Shown here piece after piece: positions 39,344-50,230 of a stretch of DNA of 64,000 bases. The notes below the pieces were generated by a model. That model was not told the origin of the DNA, searched no databases, and saw only the letters and a list, made by a program, of their open reading frames with translations. Origin of the DNA: a candidate division FCPU426 bacterium (GTDB lineage: Bacteria > Oederibacteriota > Muellerivitia > Muellerivitales > Muellerivitaceae); assembly GCA_963738405.1 (NCBI GenBank), contig CAVTWJ010000005.1, forward strand, positions 1 to 64,000, written 5' to 3'. Positions within the stretch are counted from its first letter, which is position 1. Every line of letters begins with the position of its first letter. The position numbers and the translations under genes were made by a program.

Positions 39344-42300
39344 TTAATGAATGAATGTAATTTTGACAGCCTTGCGAACCGGATTGCCCGATGAAGGTTC
39401 AGTTCCATCGAACACCGCAAGGTAAACACCCGTACCCACACCCTGGCCCAGCTGATTTTGCAGATTCCAAACGGTGGAACCATTGTTCAAACTCAGGGTC
39501 TGCAAAAGCTCTCCAGCGATGTCATATATTTTGATTCTACTTTGCGAGTCGGGTGGAGTTCCAGAGAAAGAAGCAAGAATCGTGATCGTATCGCCGGGCC
39601 GGGCGATGTTCGGCCAGGCGGCCAATTGAAGCCCGTTGGTTCCCGATTCGTCCGCGATAAAGGCGTCCCGGGCCATGACGACCGTGTTCTTTTCGGGCGT
39701 CGTTTCGATGATGGTGAAGTGATAGAAACCGTTGGGCACCAGTTGGCCTTTCAAATCAAGCCCGTTCCATACCGCGATGGGTTGGTTGTTCAGGAAAATG
39801 GTAATGGCCCCGCCCAAGCCGGAGGCGCTGGGCACAAAGGTGGAAAGAGAGGCCGAATAGGTGCTTCCGGCCGGGAAGATGGTATTGCCGCAGAAGTTGG
39901 CGATCAGTTCCCCGCGGCCATCGAACACGTTCACCACTTGCAGGCCGCAAGGGCCGGTTACAACCCCGCCCGGGGTAGACGTAATGGTGGGAGTGGAAGT
40001 GATGGTGGGGGTAAATGAAGGCGTGGGCGTATTAGTGATCGTCGGGGTCGCGGAGGGGGTGAAGGTCGGGGTGGCGGTGAGGGTTGAGGTGACAGTGGGG
40101 GTGCTGGTGACCGTCGGAACCGGGGTATAGGTGGAGGTGACGGTGAAGGTGGAAGTTTCAGTTGGCGTGGAGGTGACGGTGGGTGTGGCCGTAAAGGAAG
40201 CCGTCAGGGTCGCGGTGGAAGTCGCCGTCGGGGTAAAGGTGGCCGTGGCGGTGGGTGTATCCGTGGGTGTCGCGGTGGGGGTGTCAGTGGCCGTAGAGGT
40301 GGGCGTATCGGTCTCCGTTTCAGTCAAAGTGGCCGTTGAACTGGAAGTCGGGGTGGCGGTCTGAGTATCGGTGGGTGTCGCGGTTTGTGTTTCAGTCGGC
40401 GTAGAGGTGGGTGTATCCGTGGGAGTTGAGGTCATCGTGAAAGTAGCCGTAGCGGTGGGGGTTTCGGTGGCGGTACTGGTAATGGTGGGCGTAAAGATGA
40501 AAGTTTGAGTATGGGTCGCCGTAACCGTTGGCGTAGAGGTTTGGGTAAAGGTGGCCGTGGCGGTTGGCGTTTCCGTGGTTGTGGCGGTGGTGGTGTAGGT
40601 GGCGGTAGCGGTCGGCGTATCGGTGGGGGTTGCCGTCAAAGTGGCGGTGGAGGTGGCGGTCGAAGTCGCCGTCTGAGTAAAGGTCGGTGTGGCGGTTTGC
40701 GTGGCAGTTTGAGTGTCCGTTGGCGTAGCCGTTTCTGTATCGGTAGGCGTTTGCGTTTGGGTAAAGGTCGGCGTGGCGGTAGGCGTTTCCGTAGTTGTTG
40801 CGGTGGTGGTTTCAGTGGCGGTAGCGGTAGGCGTATGGGTAGTTGTGGCGGTCAAGGTGGCGGTAGAGGTAGCGGTCGGAGTCGCCGTCTGTGTAAAGGT
40901 CGGGGTGGCGGTTTGTGTGGCAGTTTGAGTATCCGTTGCCGTGGCCGTTTCCGTATAGGTGGGAGTCGACGTTTGCGTAAAGGTTGGAGTTGCGGTTTGG
41001 GTATAGGTGGCCGTGGCCGTAGTCGTATCCGTAGGAGTGGCCGTGGTGGTATAGGTCGCCGTGGCGGTAGGCGTATCGGTGGGTGTAGCGGTCAAAGTGG
41101 CCGTAGAGGTGGCGGTCGGAGTCGAAGTCTGGGTAAAGGTGGGCGTCGATGTAGGCGTTTGCGTGGGTGTCGCGGTGGTGGTGTAGGTGGCCGTGGAGGT
41201 GGGGGTGTCGGTCGGGGTGGCGGTCTGCGTGGAAGTGGGCGTGGCTGTTTGAGTGAAGGTTGGGGTGGCGGTTTGAGTATCCGTCGGCGTCGGGGTCTGG
41301 GTAAAAGTTGGGGTAGCCGTCTGTGTATTTGTAGTGGTAGAAGTTTGCGTACTCGTGGGTGTTGATGTCGTGGTGAAAGTTGCCGTAGCAGTCGGTGTGT
41401 TCGTGGGGGTACTGGTCATTGTCGCCGTATCCACAAAAGTTTGGGTATGGGTCTGGGTGACGGTGGGAGTGGCTGTCTGCGTAAAGGTTTGGGTAGCAGT
41501 TTGAGTGAAAGTGGGTGTAGCCGTCTGAGTGAAGGTGGGTGTAGTTGTCGGCGTAAATGTGGGGGTTGCGGTCTGTGTAAAGGTCGGGGTGGCGGTCTGC
41601 GTTGCAGTTTGAGTATTGGTAGACGTAGCGGTTTGTGTGAATGTCGGAGTGGCTGTTTGCGTGGCAGTCGAAGTGTTAGTGGGAGTAGCTGTCTGGGTAA
41701 AGGTAGGCGTAGCAGTTTGGGTGGAGGTTGGGGTAGCGGTTTGCGTAAAGGTTGGAGTAGCCGTCTGAGTCGCGGTCAGCGTGCTAGTAGGCGTAGCCGT
41801 TTGAGTGAAGGTAGGCGTTGCAGTCTGTGTGAATGTTGGCGTGGCTGTCTGAGTTGCAGTCTGTGTGTTCGTGGACGTAGCAGTTTGGGTGGAGGTTGAG
41901 GTAGCGGTTTGTGTGAATGTCGGAGTGGCTGTTTGCGTGGCAGTTGAAGTGTTAGTGGGAGTAGCTGTCTGGGTAAAGGTAGGCGTAGCAGTTTGGGTGG
42001 AGGTTGGGGTAGCAGTTTGTGTGAATGTCGGAGTGGCTGTCTGGGTAAAGGTGGGTGTAGCTGTTTGAGTGAATGTTGGGGTGGCTGTCTGAGTTGCAGT
42101 CTGCGTGTTCGTGGACGTAGCAGTTTGGGTGGAGGTTGGGGTAGCGGTTTGTGTGAATGTCGGAGTGGCTGTTTGCGTGGCAGTTGAAGTGTTAGTCGGA
42201 GTGGCTGTCTGTGTAAAGGTCGGAGTAGCTGTCTGAGTAAAGGTAGGCGTAGCAGTTTGGGTGGAGGTGGGGGTAGCCGTCTGTGTGGCAGTCGATGTAA

Positions 42301-45300
42301 AGGTCAAGGTTGCGGTCTTTGTGAAAGTCGAGGTAGCCGTTGGAGTGGATGTCGGGGTAGCAGTTTGAGTGGCCGTGGGAGTAGCGGTCTGGGTGAAGGT
42401 GGACGTTGCGGTTTGCGTGGCAGTTGAAGTGTTAGTCGGAGTGGCTGTTTGCGTGGCAGTCGAAGTGTTAGTCGGAGTGGCTGTCTGTGTAAAGGTCGGA
42501 GTAGCTGTCTGAGTAAAGGTAGGCGTAGCAGTTTGGGTGGAGGTGGGGGTAGCCGTCTGTGTGGCAGTCGATGTAAAGGTCAAGGTTGCGGTCTTTGTGA
42601 AAGTCGAGGTAGCCGTTGGAGTGGATGTCGGGGTAGCAGTTTGAGTGGCCGTGGGAGTAGCGGTCTGGGTGAAGGTGGACGTTGCGGTTTGCGTAAAGGT
42701 TGGAGTTGCAGTTTGGGTGAATGTGGGGGTGGCCGTTTGCGTAAAGGTAGGCGTAGCTGTCTGCGTGGAGGTTGCGGTTGCGGTTTGTGTGGCAGTCGAT
42801 GTAAAGGTCAAGGTTGCGGTCTTTGTGAAAGTCGAGGTAGCCGTTGGAGTGGATGTCGGGGTAGCAGTTTGAGTGGCCGTGGGAGTAGCGGTCTGGGTGA
42901 AGGTGGACGTTGCGGTTTGCGTAAAGGTTGGGGTGGCTGTCTGGGTGAAGGTGGAAGTAGCAGTTTGAGTGGCGGTGGAGGTTGCAGTGGGTGTGAATGT
43001 CAAGGTTGCGGTCTTTGTGAAAGTCGAGGTAGCCGTTGGAGTGGATGTCGGGGTAGCAGTTTGAGTGGCCGTGGGAGTAGCGGTCTGGGTGAATGTGGAC
43101 GTTGCGGTTTGCGTAAAGGTTGGAGTAGCTGTCTGCGTGGAAGTTGCGGTTGCGGTTTGTGTGGCAGTCGATGTAAAGGTCAAGGTTGCGGTCTTTGTGA
43201 AAGTCGAGGTAGCCGTTGGAGTGGATGTCGGGGTAGCAGTTTGAGTGGCCGTGGGAGTAGCGGTCTGGGTGAAGGTGGACGTTGCGGTTTGCGTAAAGGT
43301 TGGGGTGGCTGTCTGGGTGAAGGTGGAAGTAGCAGTTTGAGTGGCGGTGGAGGTTGCAGTGGGTGTGAATGTCAAGGTTGCGGTCTTTGTGAAAGTCGAG
43401 GTAGCCGTCTGGGTGAATGTCGGGGTAGCAGTTTGAGTGGCTGTGGGGGTTGCAGTGGGTGTGAAGGTAGGCGTGGCTGTTTGCGTGGCAGTCGAAGTGT
43501 TAGTCGGAGTGGCTGTTTTTGTAAAAGTCAGGGTAGCAGTCTGTGTAAACGTCGAAGTAGCCGTTTGAGTGAATGTGGGTGTAGCAGTTTGGGTGTATGT
43601 CGGAGTAGCCGTCTGAGTGGCAGTCGAAGTGTTAGTCGGAGTGGCCGTTTTGGTGAAGGTGAGCGTGGCGGTTTGAGTAACCGTAAGCGTAAAGGTGGGA
43701 GTTTGTGTAAGCGTAAAGGTCGGTGTTTGAGTTTGAGTCACGGTGGGAGTCAAAGTCTTTGTAAAGGTGGAGGTAATGGTGGGTGTTACGGTAGGGGTTT
43801 TAGTTATGGTAGGGGTAAAGGTGCGGGTGGACGTCTTGGTGGGGGTTAAGGTTGGGTTACAAACAGCAGGTACTATTTCAATCGCCGCTAATTGAGCAAA
43901 ACAAGCCGTTGCACTGGAAAAACGGTAATTAAGCGTGGTGACACCCGCCGCGGCAACCAGCGGCATATCGTCACCTTGGGCCGAGTAAATTGCCGCCGCA
44001 GATTGAACCCAGCGCTGGGTCTGATTGGCATTCTGGGGCGTAATTCCATCCGCGTTTCGATCCGCGACACAAAAGCCCAAAATATCGCTATTGGGATTGA
44101 TCGCGGTCAAATTGATGCTTTGGTTTCGGCTGCTGACCGCCCCCAAAGAGGTTACATAATTCCAACTGGCGATGGATTGGCTTGCACCGGCGAAAAGAAT
44201 TGCGCCCACATTCATACTACGAGTTGCGGCTTGGGTGATTGAAACCGCCACACTGGCAGTTCCTATCGGCGGGTTTAATAAATAGTACTCTCCAATCGCG
44301 ACGTGGTTTGTCGTATCAACTTGCATTGGGAAAATTTGCGTCAAAGGCATATTGGCATAAGTACAGGTCAAGGATTCGGCGGCCGTCGAACCCTGAATTT
44401 CCACTTGAACAATCAAAAGACTGTTAGAAACATCCGTCATTAAGTTAAACGAGGTATTTGCATTTACCAAATTGACAATGGCGGGTGATGCGGCGGAATT
44501 GTCATAGGTCACCAAACAGGGAATGTTGGTGGCAGTGATGGTGGCGGTTGGCGTGTTGCTGGGAACAATGGTTCCGGTCGGGGAAATGGTATAGGTGGGC
44601 GAAAGAGTGACCGTGGGAGAAAGAGTCACTGTGGGAGTGGGAGCGCATTGGAAACCTGCATTGGCACCAGCGATTTGCGAGATGATTTCGCTTGTCGATT
44701 CGTCGATTTGTTGTCCCCCCTGCCCGGCGGTGGAACCATAGGGTTCCTGAGCGGTCGTGGTGTATCCATTTACTCCGGCCTGGAGGTTGTAAAAAGGAGA
44801 ATTTGTTCCTCCGTCATTGTTGAAAATATATCCGCCCCCACCACCACCACCGGGGCCATGCCGTTCTGCCGCTCCCCCATTTTTAGTCGGCCATGCGTTG
44901 GCCCCGTTCCCCCCGGCGGCCGAGAGTGTGATACTTCCGGCCGAAGCAAAGTTGTCATTTGAAAGGATCACTAGGCTTCCGGCCGCACCACCACCACCGC
45001 CTCCATCATTTTCAGTGTCAAAACCACGGCCACCATCGGCGGAAATAACTCCCGTTCCGGTTAAATAGCCGGTGCGAATGAGAACAAGTCCGCCGCCCGA
45101 ACCTCCCGATCCCTCAATGATCCCGTTATCGCTATAGGGCCCGGGTGCCGGATTATTATTATTCGTGTCGTTCCTATCCCCCGCCCCACCGCCGCCGCCC
45201 ATGATGATCTGGTTGACCACCGCGGAAAACGCCGCGCCTCCCCATCCTCCAATTGTCGCAGCCCCATTCCATGTGTCCCCTCCCCTTCCGCCGGAACCGC

Positions 45301-46306
45301 CATTACCGCCGCCGCCGCCGCCTGCGTTCATGGTATTTGCGCCGCAAGTATTGCTGTCGTTTCCACCACCGCCCGCGTTGCCAGGCGCGCCCCAGCCAAC
45401 GTCGCCGTTAGGGTACCCATCGGCGCCGGTCGTGTTGTAGGTAGTGGTATTGTTATTTTGAATGGCCGTACCGTTTTGCGGAAGGGTGTAAAGAGGTGTT
45501 CCGGCGATGCCTTCACCCTTGGCACCAAAATTCAAATTGGCGGCTAGATCCCGGTAATCAAACTGAGACTCGCAAGAACTGCCAGCGATCTGCTTTGCTC
45601 CACCACCGTTAAAGCCCAACCCATCCGCGAAAATTTTGCTGCCGCTAAGGTTGAGTGTGTAGCTGACATCCATGGCAACCACGCCGCCCACACCGTTCGC
45701 TCCATTCCATTGCAGACAGCTCACAGGTCCGGCCAAACTCGCCGACGCGTACTGGGGAACCCGGATTACCTGAAATGTTTCCTGCCCGTTTAATAAGGCA
45801 CCGGAATGAATGAAAACCGTGTAGGAATTAACTAGACCGTTGCCAGCCCCGGTTCCGGTGAAAGACAAAACCCCGCCCACAATGGGTCCCTTGGCAACGA
45901 CGTATTCGTAAATTCCCGTGTTCTGAATCGCGGTTGAACCGGACCCTGATCCCGTTCCGTCACCATAGACGCTAGTGACCGCCGAATTAATGACGGCGTC
46001 CTGCATTTGGATCACCAATAGCAAATCGCCCGCGGCAATGGCGGTCGCGGAACCGTACGCCGCACCCACGTGAATAACGGTCGCTCCCGCGGCGGCAGAC
46101 GCAGTTCCAGGGTAGTAGGTGTTAATGACGCCGGAGATGGAGGGGGAAAGATCTTTTCCGGGAGTTCCACAAAGAGGGGCGGACTGGACTTGGCCAGCGA
46201 CACTCACAAAAAACAGGCACAGAGCTATAAACCAAAAAACCTTGGATTTAAAAAGTTTTTGGTCATTCCTTACTTCAAATGTCATTTTCACAAAAAATGC
46301 AAACAA
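39344..46306 (-). CDS. Giant secreted surface protein: Gly-rich N-terminal domain, ~1300-aa TxT repeat stalk, C-terminal FlgD-Ig/T9SS-CTD-like domains
   Basis: Signal peptide; GGGGG-rich region; (TATPTFTQ)n; C-terminal WPN...[11 protein letters not shown]...WNLQN..G..VGTGVY. Confidence 0.85.
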   Translation of the reverse strand: MFAFFVKMTFEVRNDQKLFKSKVFWFIALCLFFVSVAGQVQSAPLCGTPGKDLSPSISGVINTYYPGTASAAAGATVIHVGAAYGSATAIAAGDLLLVIQMQDAVINSAVTSVYGDGTGSGSGSTAIQNTGIYEYVVAKGPIVGGVLSFTGTGAGNGLVNSYTVFIHSGALLNGQETFQVIRVPQYASASLAGPVSCLQWNGANGVGGVVAMDVSYTLNLSGSKIFADGLGFNGGGAKQIAGSSCESQFDYRDLAANLNFGAKGEGIAGTPLYTLPQNGTAIQNNNTTTYNTTGADGYPNGDVGWGAPGNAGGGGNDSNTCGANTMNAGGGGGGNGGSGGRGGDTWNGAATIGGWGGAAFSAVVNQIIMGGGGGAGDRNDTNNNNPAPGPYSDNGIIEGSGGSGGGLVLIRTGYLTGTGVISADGGRGFDTENDGGGGGGAAGSLVILSNDNFASAGSITLSAAGGNGANAWPTKNGGAAERHGPGGGGGGGYIFNNDGGTNSPFYNLQAGVNGYTTTAQEPYGSTAGQGGQQIDESTSEIISQIAGANAGFQCAPTPTVTLSPTVTLSPTYTISPTGTIVPSNTPTATITATNIPCLVTYDNSAASPAIVNLVNANTSFNLMTDVSNSLLIVQVEIQGSTAAESLTCTYANMPLTQIFPMQVDTTNHVAIGEYYLLNPPIGTASVAVSITQAATRSMNVGAILFAGASQSIASWNYVTSLGAVSSRNQSINLTAINPNSDILGFCVADRNADGITPQNANQTQRWVQSAAAIYSAQGDDMPLVAAAGVTTLNYRFSSATACFAQLAAIEIVPAVCNPTLTPTKTSTRTFTPTITKTPTVTPTITSTFTKTLTPTVTQTQTPTFTLTQTPTFTLTVTQTATLTFTKTATPTNTSTATQTATPTYTQTATPTFTQTATSTFTQTATLTFTKTATPTNTSTATQTATPTFTPTATPTATQTATPTFTQTATSTFTKTATLTFTPTATSTATQTATSTFTQTATPTFTQTATSTFTQTATPTATQTATPTSTPTATSTFTKTATLTFTSTATQTATATSTQTATPTFTQTATSTFTQTATPTATQTATPTSTPTATSTFTKTATLTFTPTATSTATQTATSTFTQTATPTFTQTATSTFTQTATPTATQTATPTSTPTATSTFTKTATLTFTSTATQTATATSTQTATPTFTQTATPTFTQTATPTFTQTATSTFTQTATPTATQTATPTSTPTATSTFTKTATLTFTSTATQTATPTSTQTATPTFTQTATPTFTQTATPTNTSTATQTATPTNTSTATQTATSTFTQTATPTATQTATPTSTPTATSTFTKTATLTFTSTATQTATPTSTQTATPTFTQTATPTFTQTATPTNTSTATQTATPTFTQTATPTSTQTATSTNTQTATQTATPTFTQTATPTFTQTATPTFTQTATPTSTQTATPTFTQTATPTNTSTATQTATPTFTQTATSTSTQTATSTNTQTATQTATPTFTQTATPTFTQTATPTSTLTATQTATPTFTQTATPTSTQTATPTFTQTATPTNTSTATQTATPTFTQTATSTNTQTATQTATPTFTQTATPTFTPTTTPTFTQTATPTFTQTATQTFTQTATPTVTQTHTQTFVDTATMTSTPTNTPTATATFTTTSTPTSTQTSTTTNTQTATPTFTQTPTPTDTQTATPTFTQTATPTSTQTATPTDTPTSTATYTTTATPTQTPTSTPTFTQTSTPTATSTATLTATPTDTPTATATYTTTATPTDTTTATATYTQTATPTFTQTSTPTYTETATATDTQTATQTATPTFTQTATPTATSTATLTATTTHTPTATATETTTATTTETPTATPTFTQTQTPTDTETATPTDTQTATQTATPTFTQTATSTATSTATLTATPTDTPTATATYTTTATTTETPTATATFTQTSTPTVTATHTQTFIFTPTITSTATETPTATATFTMTSTPTDTPTSTPTETQTATPTDTQTATPTSSSTATLTETETDTPTSTATDTPTATPTDTPTATATFTPTATSTATLTASFTATPTVTSTPTETSTFTVTSTYTPVPTVTSTPTVTSTLTATPTFTPSATPTITNTPTPSFTPTITSTPTITSTPGGVVTGPCGLQVVNVFDGRGELIANFCGNTIFPAGSTYSASLSTFVPSASGLGGAITIFLNNQPIAVWNGLDLKGQLVPNGFYHFTIIETTPEKNTVVMARDAFIADESGTNGLQLAAWPNIARPGDTITILASFSGTPPDSQSRIKIYDIAGELLQTLSLNNGSTVWNLQNQLGQGVGTGVYLAVFDGTEPSSGNPVRKAVKITFIH
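39971..43855 (-). repeat. Coding tandem repeat (12/24-bp period) encoding [12 protein letters not shown] units
   Basis: Thr at almost every second residue for ~3.9 kb; DNA-identical higher-order blocks at 42306, 42582, 42810, 43002, 43182 and 43374. Confidence 0.95.
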
Positions 46307-46526
46307 AGCTTCTCCCCAGGGCCAACCACAAGGCTTGTTAACCGGTTAACCTCGAGGAATTATAACGTTATACTCAGGATAATTCTTGTATTTCGCACTA
46401 AAAAGAAGGGCTAAAAAGGGGCCTTTTAAAGGGTTTTTAAAAATTTAACATTTGAATGATCTTTAAGCGGATCACATGGGAAATTTTTACCCAATTCTGC
46501 AAGGCTTCATTGGACGGAATTCGATG

Positions 46527-46871
46527 CTACGATTGATCAATCCTTGGTGCGTCTTCCCATAACATGTCCAAATCATAGAAACTTCTCGCCTCGGGTTTGA
46601 AAATATGAACCACCACATCGATGTAATCCAAGATGTACCAGTTGATATCTTTGGCGCTCAATATCGGGCGGATGCCCTTTTCTTTTTTGAGTTTATCTTC
46701 CACCGAATCGGCCAAAGCGCGAATCTGCGGGTCCGACCCGCCCGTGCAGAGGACAAGGAAATCGGCATAGTTCACCAAATTTCCTACGTCGAGGGTTTTG
46801 ATGTCAATCGCCTTTTTGTCTTCAAGCGCTTCAATCACAGCCTTTAGAATTTCTTTATGTTCAGTGTTCAA
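46527..46871 (-). CDS. rsfS: Ribosome silencing factor
   Basis: DKKAIDI, W.ILDY.DVVVHIF...RSFYDLDMLW; TTG start chosen after a GAGG RBS. Confidence 0.93.
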   Translation of the reverse strand: MNTEHKEILKAVIEALEDKKAIDIKTLDVGNLVNYADFLVLCTGGSDPQIRALADSVEDKLKKEKGIRPILSAKDINWYILDYIDVVVHIFKPEARSFYDLDMLWEDAPRIDQS

Positions 46872-46872
46872 T

Positions 46873-47142
46873 TCAGCCTCTTGGATTTTGACGTACATGA
46901 TCAATGGCCCGAGCTAACTCCACCAATAAATCAGTCTTGAACTGCTGGCGAAGCTCTTCCAATCTTGTAAAGAGATAACCGCGTTCCGTTACGTGATACT
47001 TTGGGGGAAGCCGGTTAAGCACAATCGCTAGAATATCCAGTCTTTCTTTTTCCGAAAGATTTATATCCTTGAAAGCGGGCTCCACCAGTATTTCCTCCAG
47101 TGATCTTCGCGCCGCCTCTTCCATAAAATTAACCAAGTTCAT
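46873..47142 (-). CDS. ComFB family protein
   Basis: MNLVNFMEE...DILAIVLNRLPPKY...VRQNPR matches the ComFB pattern (N.ME...D..A.ALN.LPP.Y...V..NPRH). Confidence 0.8.
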   Translation of the reverse strand: MNLVNFMEEAARRSLEEILVEPAFKDINLSEKERLDILAIVLNRLPPKYHVTERGYLFTRLEELRQQFKTDLLVELARAIDHVRQNPRG

Positions 47143-47151
47143 CCCAATATC

Positions 47152-47784
47152 CTAAAGATAGAATTTTTGATTATGAATGTACTGTTCCACGGGCTCCGGC
47201 ACCAAATACTTAATACTTTTCCATTCCCGCACTTTCTGGCGAATATCCGTGGAGCTGATGTCGGAAGTTGAAATATTTTCAATGATGACATTGTCGAGTA
47301 TATGCGATTCCTCCGGACGCGAAGACGAACCCAACATCTTATAGTTAAATATTTTCCCCGCATCATAACCAGGACGAGGCACCGCGATAAACCGGCAAAG
47401 TTTTAGTAAAGCGTCTATGTTTTTCCAAGTGGATATTTCCATCAAAACATCCGCTCCCACAATAAAGTAAAGTTTAGCGTCCTCGCCATAAACTTGGGAA
47501 AAATGCCGGACCGTATCAATGGAATAGGATCGGCCCCCGCGGTCAATTTCGAAATCAGAAACTTCAAAGCACGGGTTCCCCACCGTGGCCAAATGCACCA
47601 TGATGGATCTTTTGCGGGGTTCCAAAAGATCCGTCGGGTCTTTACGGGGCGGTAAAAAGGCAGGGACAAAAATCACTTTGTCTAAGTTGTACTTTGAGCG
47701 GATTTCCTCAGCGACGATTAAATGGCCGTAGTGAATGGGATTAAAAGTTCCCCCAAAAATGGCAATCGACTTTGAACCGCTCAC
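47152..47784 (-). CDS. nadD: Nicotinate-nucleotide adenylyltransferase
   Basis: FGGTFNPIHYGH, SYSIDT, FIVGAD, ISSTDIR. Confidence 0.96.
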   Translation of the reverse strand: MSGSKSIAIFGGTFNPIHYGHLIVAEEIRSKYNLDKVIFVPAFLPPRKDPTDLLEPRKRSIMVHLATVGNPCFEVSDFEIDRGGRSYSIDTVRHFSQVYGEDAKLYFIVGADVLMEISTWKNIDALLKLCRFIAVPRPGYDAGKIFNYKMLGSSSRPEESHILDNVIIENISTSDISSTDIRQKVREWKSIKYLVPEPVEQYIHNQKFYL

Positions 47785-49535
47785 TCTCCCAAATCCTTCA
47801 GGAAAGAATTGATCATATCGCCCGTAAGAAACTCGTTTTCATTTCCCTCTTGAGGAGCGCTGGCGGGTGGCAGGTTCGGGGCGTCTCCAACGGGAATCTT
47901 CGTTTTCTCCAGGGCGGCTTTTTCTGGCTGTCCCTGCGGGGTTTCCTTCTCGGGCGAAGCGGAAATAACCCTTCCTTTCGCGGCCGCTATAAGCTTATCC
48001 AATTCGTCACGTGTTAGGCCGCTCGTCGCCGATACTTTCATTTGTTGTGTTTGGCCCGACGCGACATTTTTGGCTGTAACATTTACGATTCCGTTAGCGT
48101 CAATTGAAAAGGTAACTTCGATTTGGGCCGCTCCCGCAACTGCCGCTGGAATCCCCAGGAAAGAAAAGAAGCCTAATGTTTTATTATTGGTTGCGATTTT
48201 CGACTCACCCTGCAACACCTTAATGTTGACGGAGGTCTGCATGTCTTTAACCGTGGAATATAGTTTGCTCATCTTTGTAGGAACCGTGGTATTCCGGGGA
48301 ATAATCGCGCTAAAAGTTCCCCCTAAAGTTTCCACGCCGAGTGAAAGCGGAGTAACGTCCAGAAGCAAGGCGTTTTTAACGTTTCCATTGATAATCCCAG
48401 CCTGAATGGACGCTCCTAACGCTACCGCTTCGTCTGGGTTTACTTTCGTGTTAGGTTCTTTGTTGTAGAATCTTTTTACAACCTCGCGAACTTTCGGCAT
48501 CCTCGTCATGCCGCCAACCAAAAGCACCTCGTTCAAATCCACAGGCGCGAGATTCGCGTCTTTGAGGGCCTTTCGGCACGGCTCAAGCGTTCTCTCCACC
48601 AACGGAGCCACTAACTCCTCGAAAAGTTCACGGGATATGGCATAAGAGAGATTAAGAGGAATTCCGTCTTTCTTAGCGATAAATGGAAGATTAATATCAG
48701 TTTTGGGAACTGTGGACAGGTCACATTTTGCTTTTTCGGATGCTTCCCGGAGTCTTTGGATCGCGACTGGATCCGCACGAAGGTCCAACCCGGTTTCGGA
48801 TTGAAATTTCCCCAGGACCCATTCCATAAGGCTTTGATCAAAATCGTCCCCACCCAGATGGGTATCACCACACGTTGAAAGCACCCGGTACAACCCGTTT
48901 AACAGTTCGAGCACTGTAACGTCGAGGGTCCCTCCGCCCAGATCGTAAACGACGATCTTTTGATTTTTTTTGGTATCAAAATCGTAGGATAAGGCGGCTG
49001 CGGTGGGTTCATTGATAATCCGCAAAACCTCAAAACCCGCAATTTTACCGGCATCCTTTGTGGCTTGACGTTGGGAATCGTTGAAATACGCCGGAACCGT
49101 AATAACAGCCTGCGTTACTTTTTCACCGAGCTTGGTTTCAACATCTTGTTTTATTTTCTGGAGGATAATCGCGGATATTTCTTCGGGAGATTTAAGCTGG
49201 TTATCCAGTTGGACCCGAATATCACTGTTTTCCGATCCCCCTAAGTCGTACGAAACGAGTGTTTTATCCTTTTGGACATCATCATCGGTAATCTTTCGGC
49301 CTATGAACCTTTTTATCGAGGAAACAGTTCCTTTTGGATTCGTGAAGGCCTGATGTTTGGCATCCAATCCGACCAACCAACTACCCTGAGCCGTTAACGC
49401 TACTACGGAAGGTGTGGTACGGTAACCATCCGAATTCGGAATAACTTGAGGTTCCCCGCTCTTGAGGAAGGCCACACAAGAATTGGTTGTTCCCAGGTCG
49501 ATTCCGATAGCAACGGTAGCTGCACGTTCAGGCAT
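47781..49535 (-). CDS. Hsp70/DnaK-family chaperone paralog apparently lacking most of the helical lid
   Basis: [44 protein letters not shown]; ends in a Pro-rich tail soon after SBD-beta. Confidence 0.92.
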   Translation of the reverse strand: MPERAATVAIGIDLGTTNSCVAFLKSGEPQVIPNSDGYRTTPSVVALTAQGSWLVGLDAKHQAFTNPKGTVSSIKRFIGRKITDDDVQKDKTLVSYDLGGSENSDIRVQLDNQLKSPEEISAIILQKIKQDVETKLGEKVTQAVITVPAYFNDSQRQATKDAGKIAGFEVLRIINEPTAAALSYDFDTKKNQKIVVYDLGGGTLDVTVLELLNGLYRVLSTCGDTHLGGDDFDQSLMEWVLGKFQSETGLDLRADPVAIQRLREASEKAKCDLSTVPKTDINLPFIAKKDGIPLNLSYAISRELFEELVAPLVERTLEPCRKALKDANLAPVDLNEVLLVGGMTRMPKVREVVKRFYNKEPNTKVNPDEAVALGASIQAGIINGNVKNALLLDVTPLSLGVETLGGTFSAIIPRNTTVPTKMSKLYSTVKDMQTSVNIKVLQGESKIATNNKTLGFFSFLGIPAAVAGAAQIEVTFSIDANGIVNVTAKNVASGQTQQMKVSATSGLTRDELDKLIAAAKGRVISASPEKETPQGQPEKAALEKTKIPVGDAPNLPPASAPQEGNENEFLTGDMINSFLKDLGE

Positions 49536-49549
49536 AAACCTTCCTTAAC

Positions 49550-50134
49550 CTAAGCTTTTTTGCCATAAACATAGCCCATGGCCAAACTTAAAGTTTTTTT
49601 TGCTTCATAGTCATCTGAATTATATTTTAATAGTCTTTCAAAGCAAGCTACCGAATCTTTGAAATTCCCTTGATACCCAAAGAGGATCCCGAGGTTGAAA
49701 TGAGCATTTACAAACCCTGGTATTAATTTCGCAGATGCCACCCACTCATGCTGGGCCTGGTTCCAATTGTCTTTATCCTGAAAAAATTCATTCCCTTTAA
49801 AGAAATGAAGCTCCGCTTCTATTTCTTCCTTTGATTTCTTTAAATTCAGCAGCCCTTTTTTAACCCCCACCAACAAGCCCATTTCCTTTCGGATATCGTT
49901 TCGGACCTGAAAATTATAGATTTCACGCTTCAGAGGATCGCTTAAAACATTGTAAGCCTCAACAATTTCCATTGTTTTCTCAATAGCCGATTCCACTTGG
50001 CCTGGATTGGTATCGGGGTGATTCTGGAAAATAAGTTGTTTATAGGTTTCTTGCAAATGTTGCAGGTCAATGGGGGGATAGATCTTAAAAATTTCATAAT
50101 AATTTTTTTTTGCCACTTCGTGATACCCCATCAA
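49550..50134 (-). CDS. J-domain + TPR protein
   Basis: NYYEI...HPD...EAYNVLSDP.KR..Y; C-terminal AHFNLG TPR. Confidence 0.88.
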   Translation of the reverse strand: MMGYHEVAKKNYYEIFKIYPPIDLQHLQETYKQLIFQNHPDTNPGQVESAIEKTMEIVEAYNVLSDPLKREIYNFQVRNDIRKEMGLLVGVKKGLLNLKKSKEEIEAELHFFKGNEFFQDKDNWNQAQHEWVASAKLIPGFVNAHFNLGILFGYQGNFKDSVACFERLLKYNSDDYEAKKTLSLAMGYVYGKKA

Positions 50135-50230
50135 AAGTAAAGAGATTTAGAATTCCGTAATCCGAGACTAATTTGGCAAGTCAACTATACTAGCATGAAA
50201 AAAAGTTTAATTTTAAGGTAAATGGACGCC

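Noticed and set aside
39861..43849. Plus-strand Val/Ala- or Gly/Cys/Arg-rich ORFs (also 28079..28594)
   Set aside because: They are antisense shadows of the TxT repeat codons.
47781..49535. Housekeeping dnaK
   Set aside because: It lacks the full lid and the grpE/dnaJ/hrcA context, so it is treated as a paralog.
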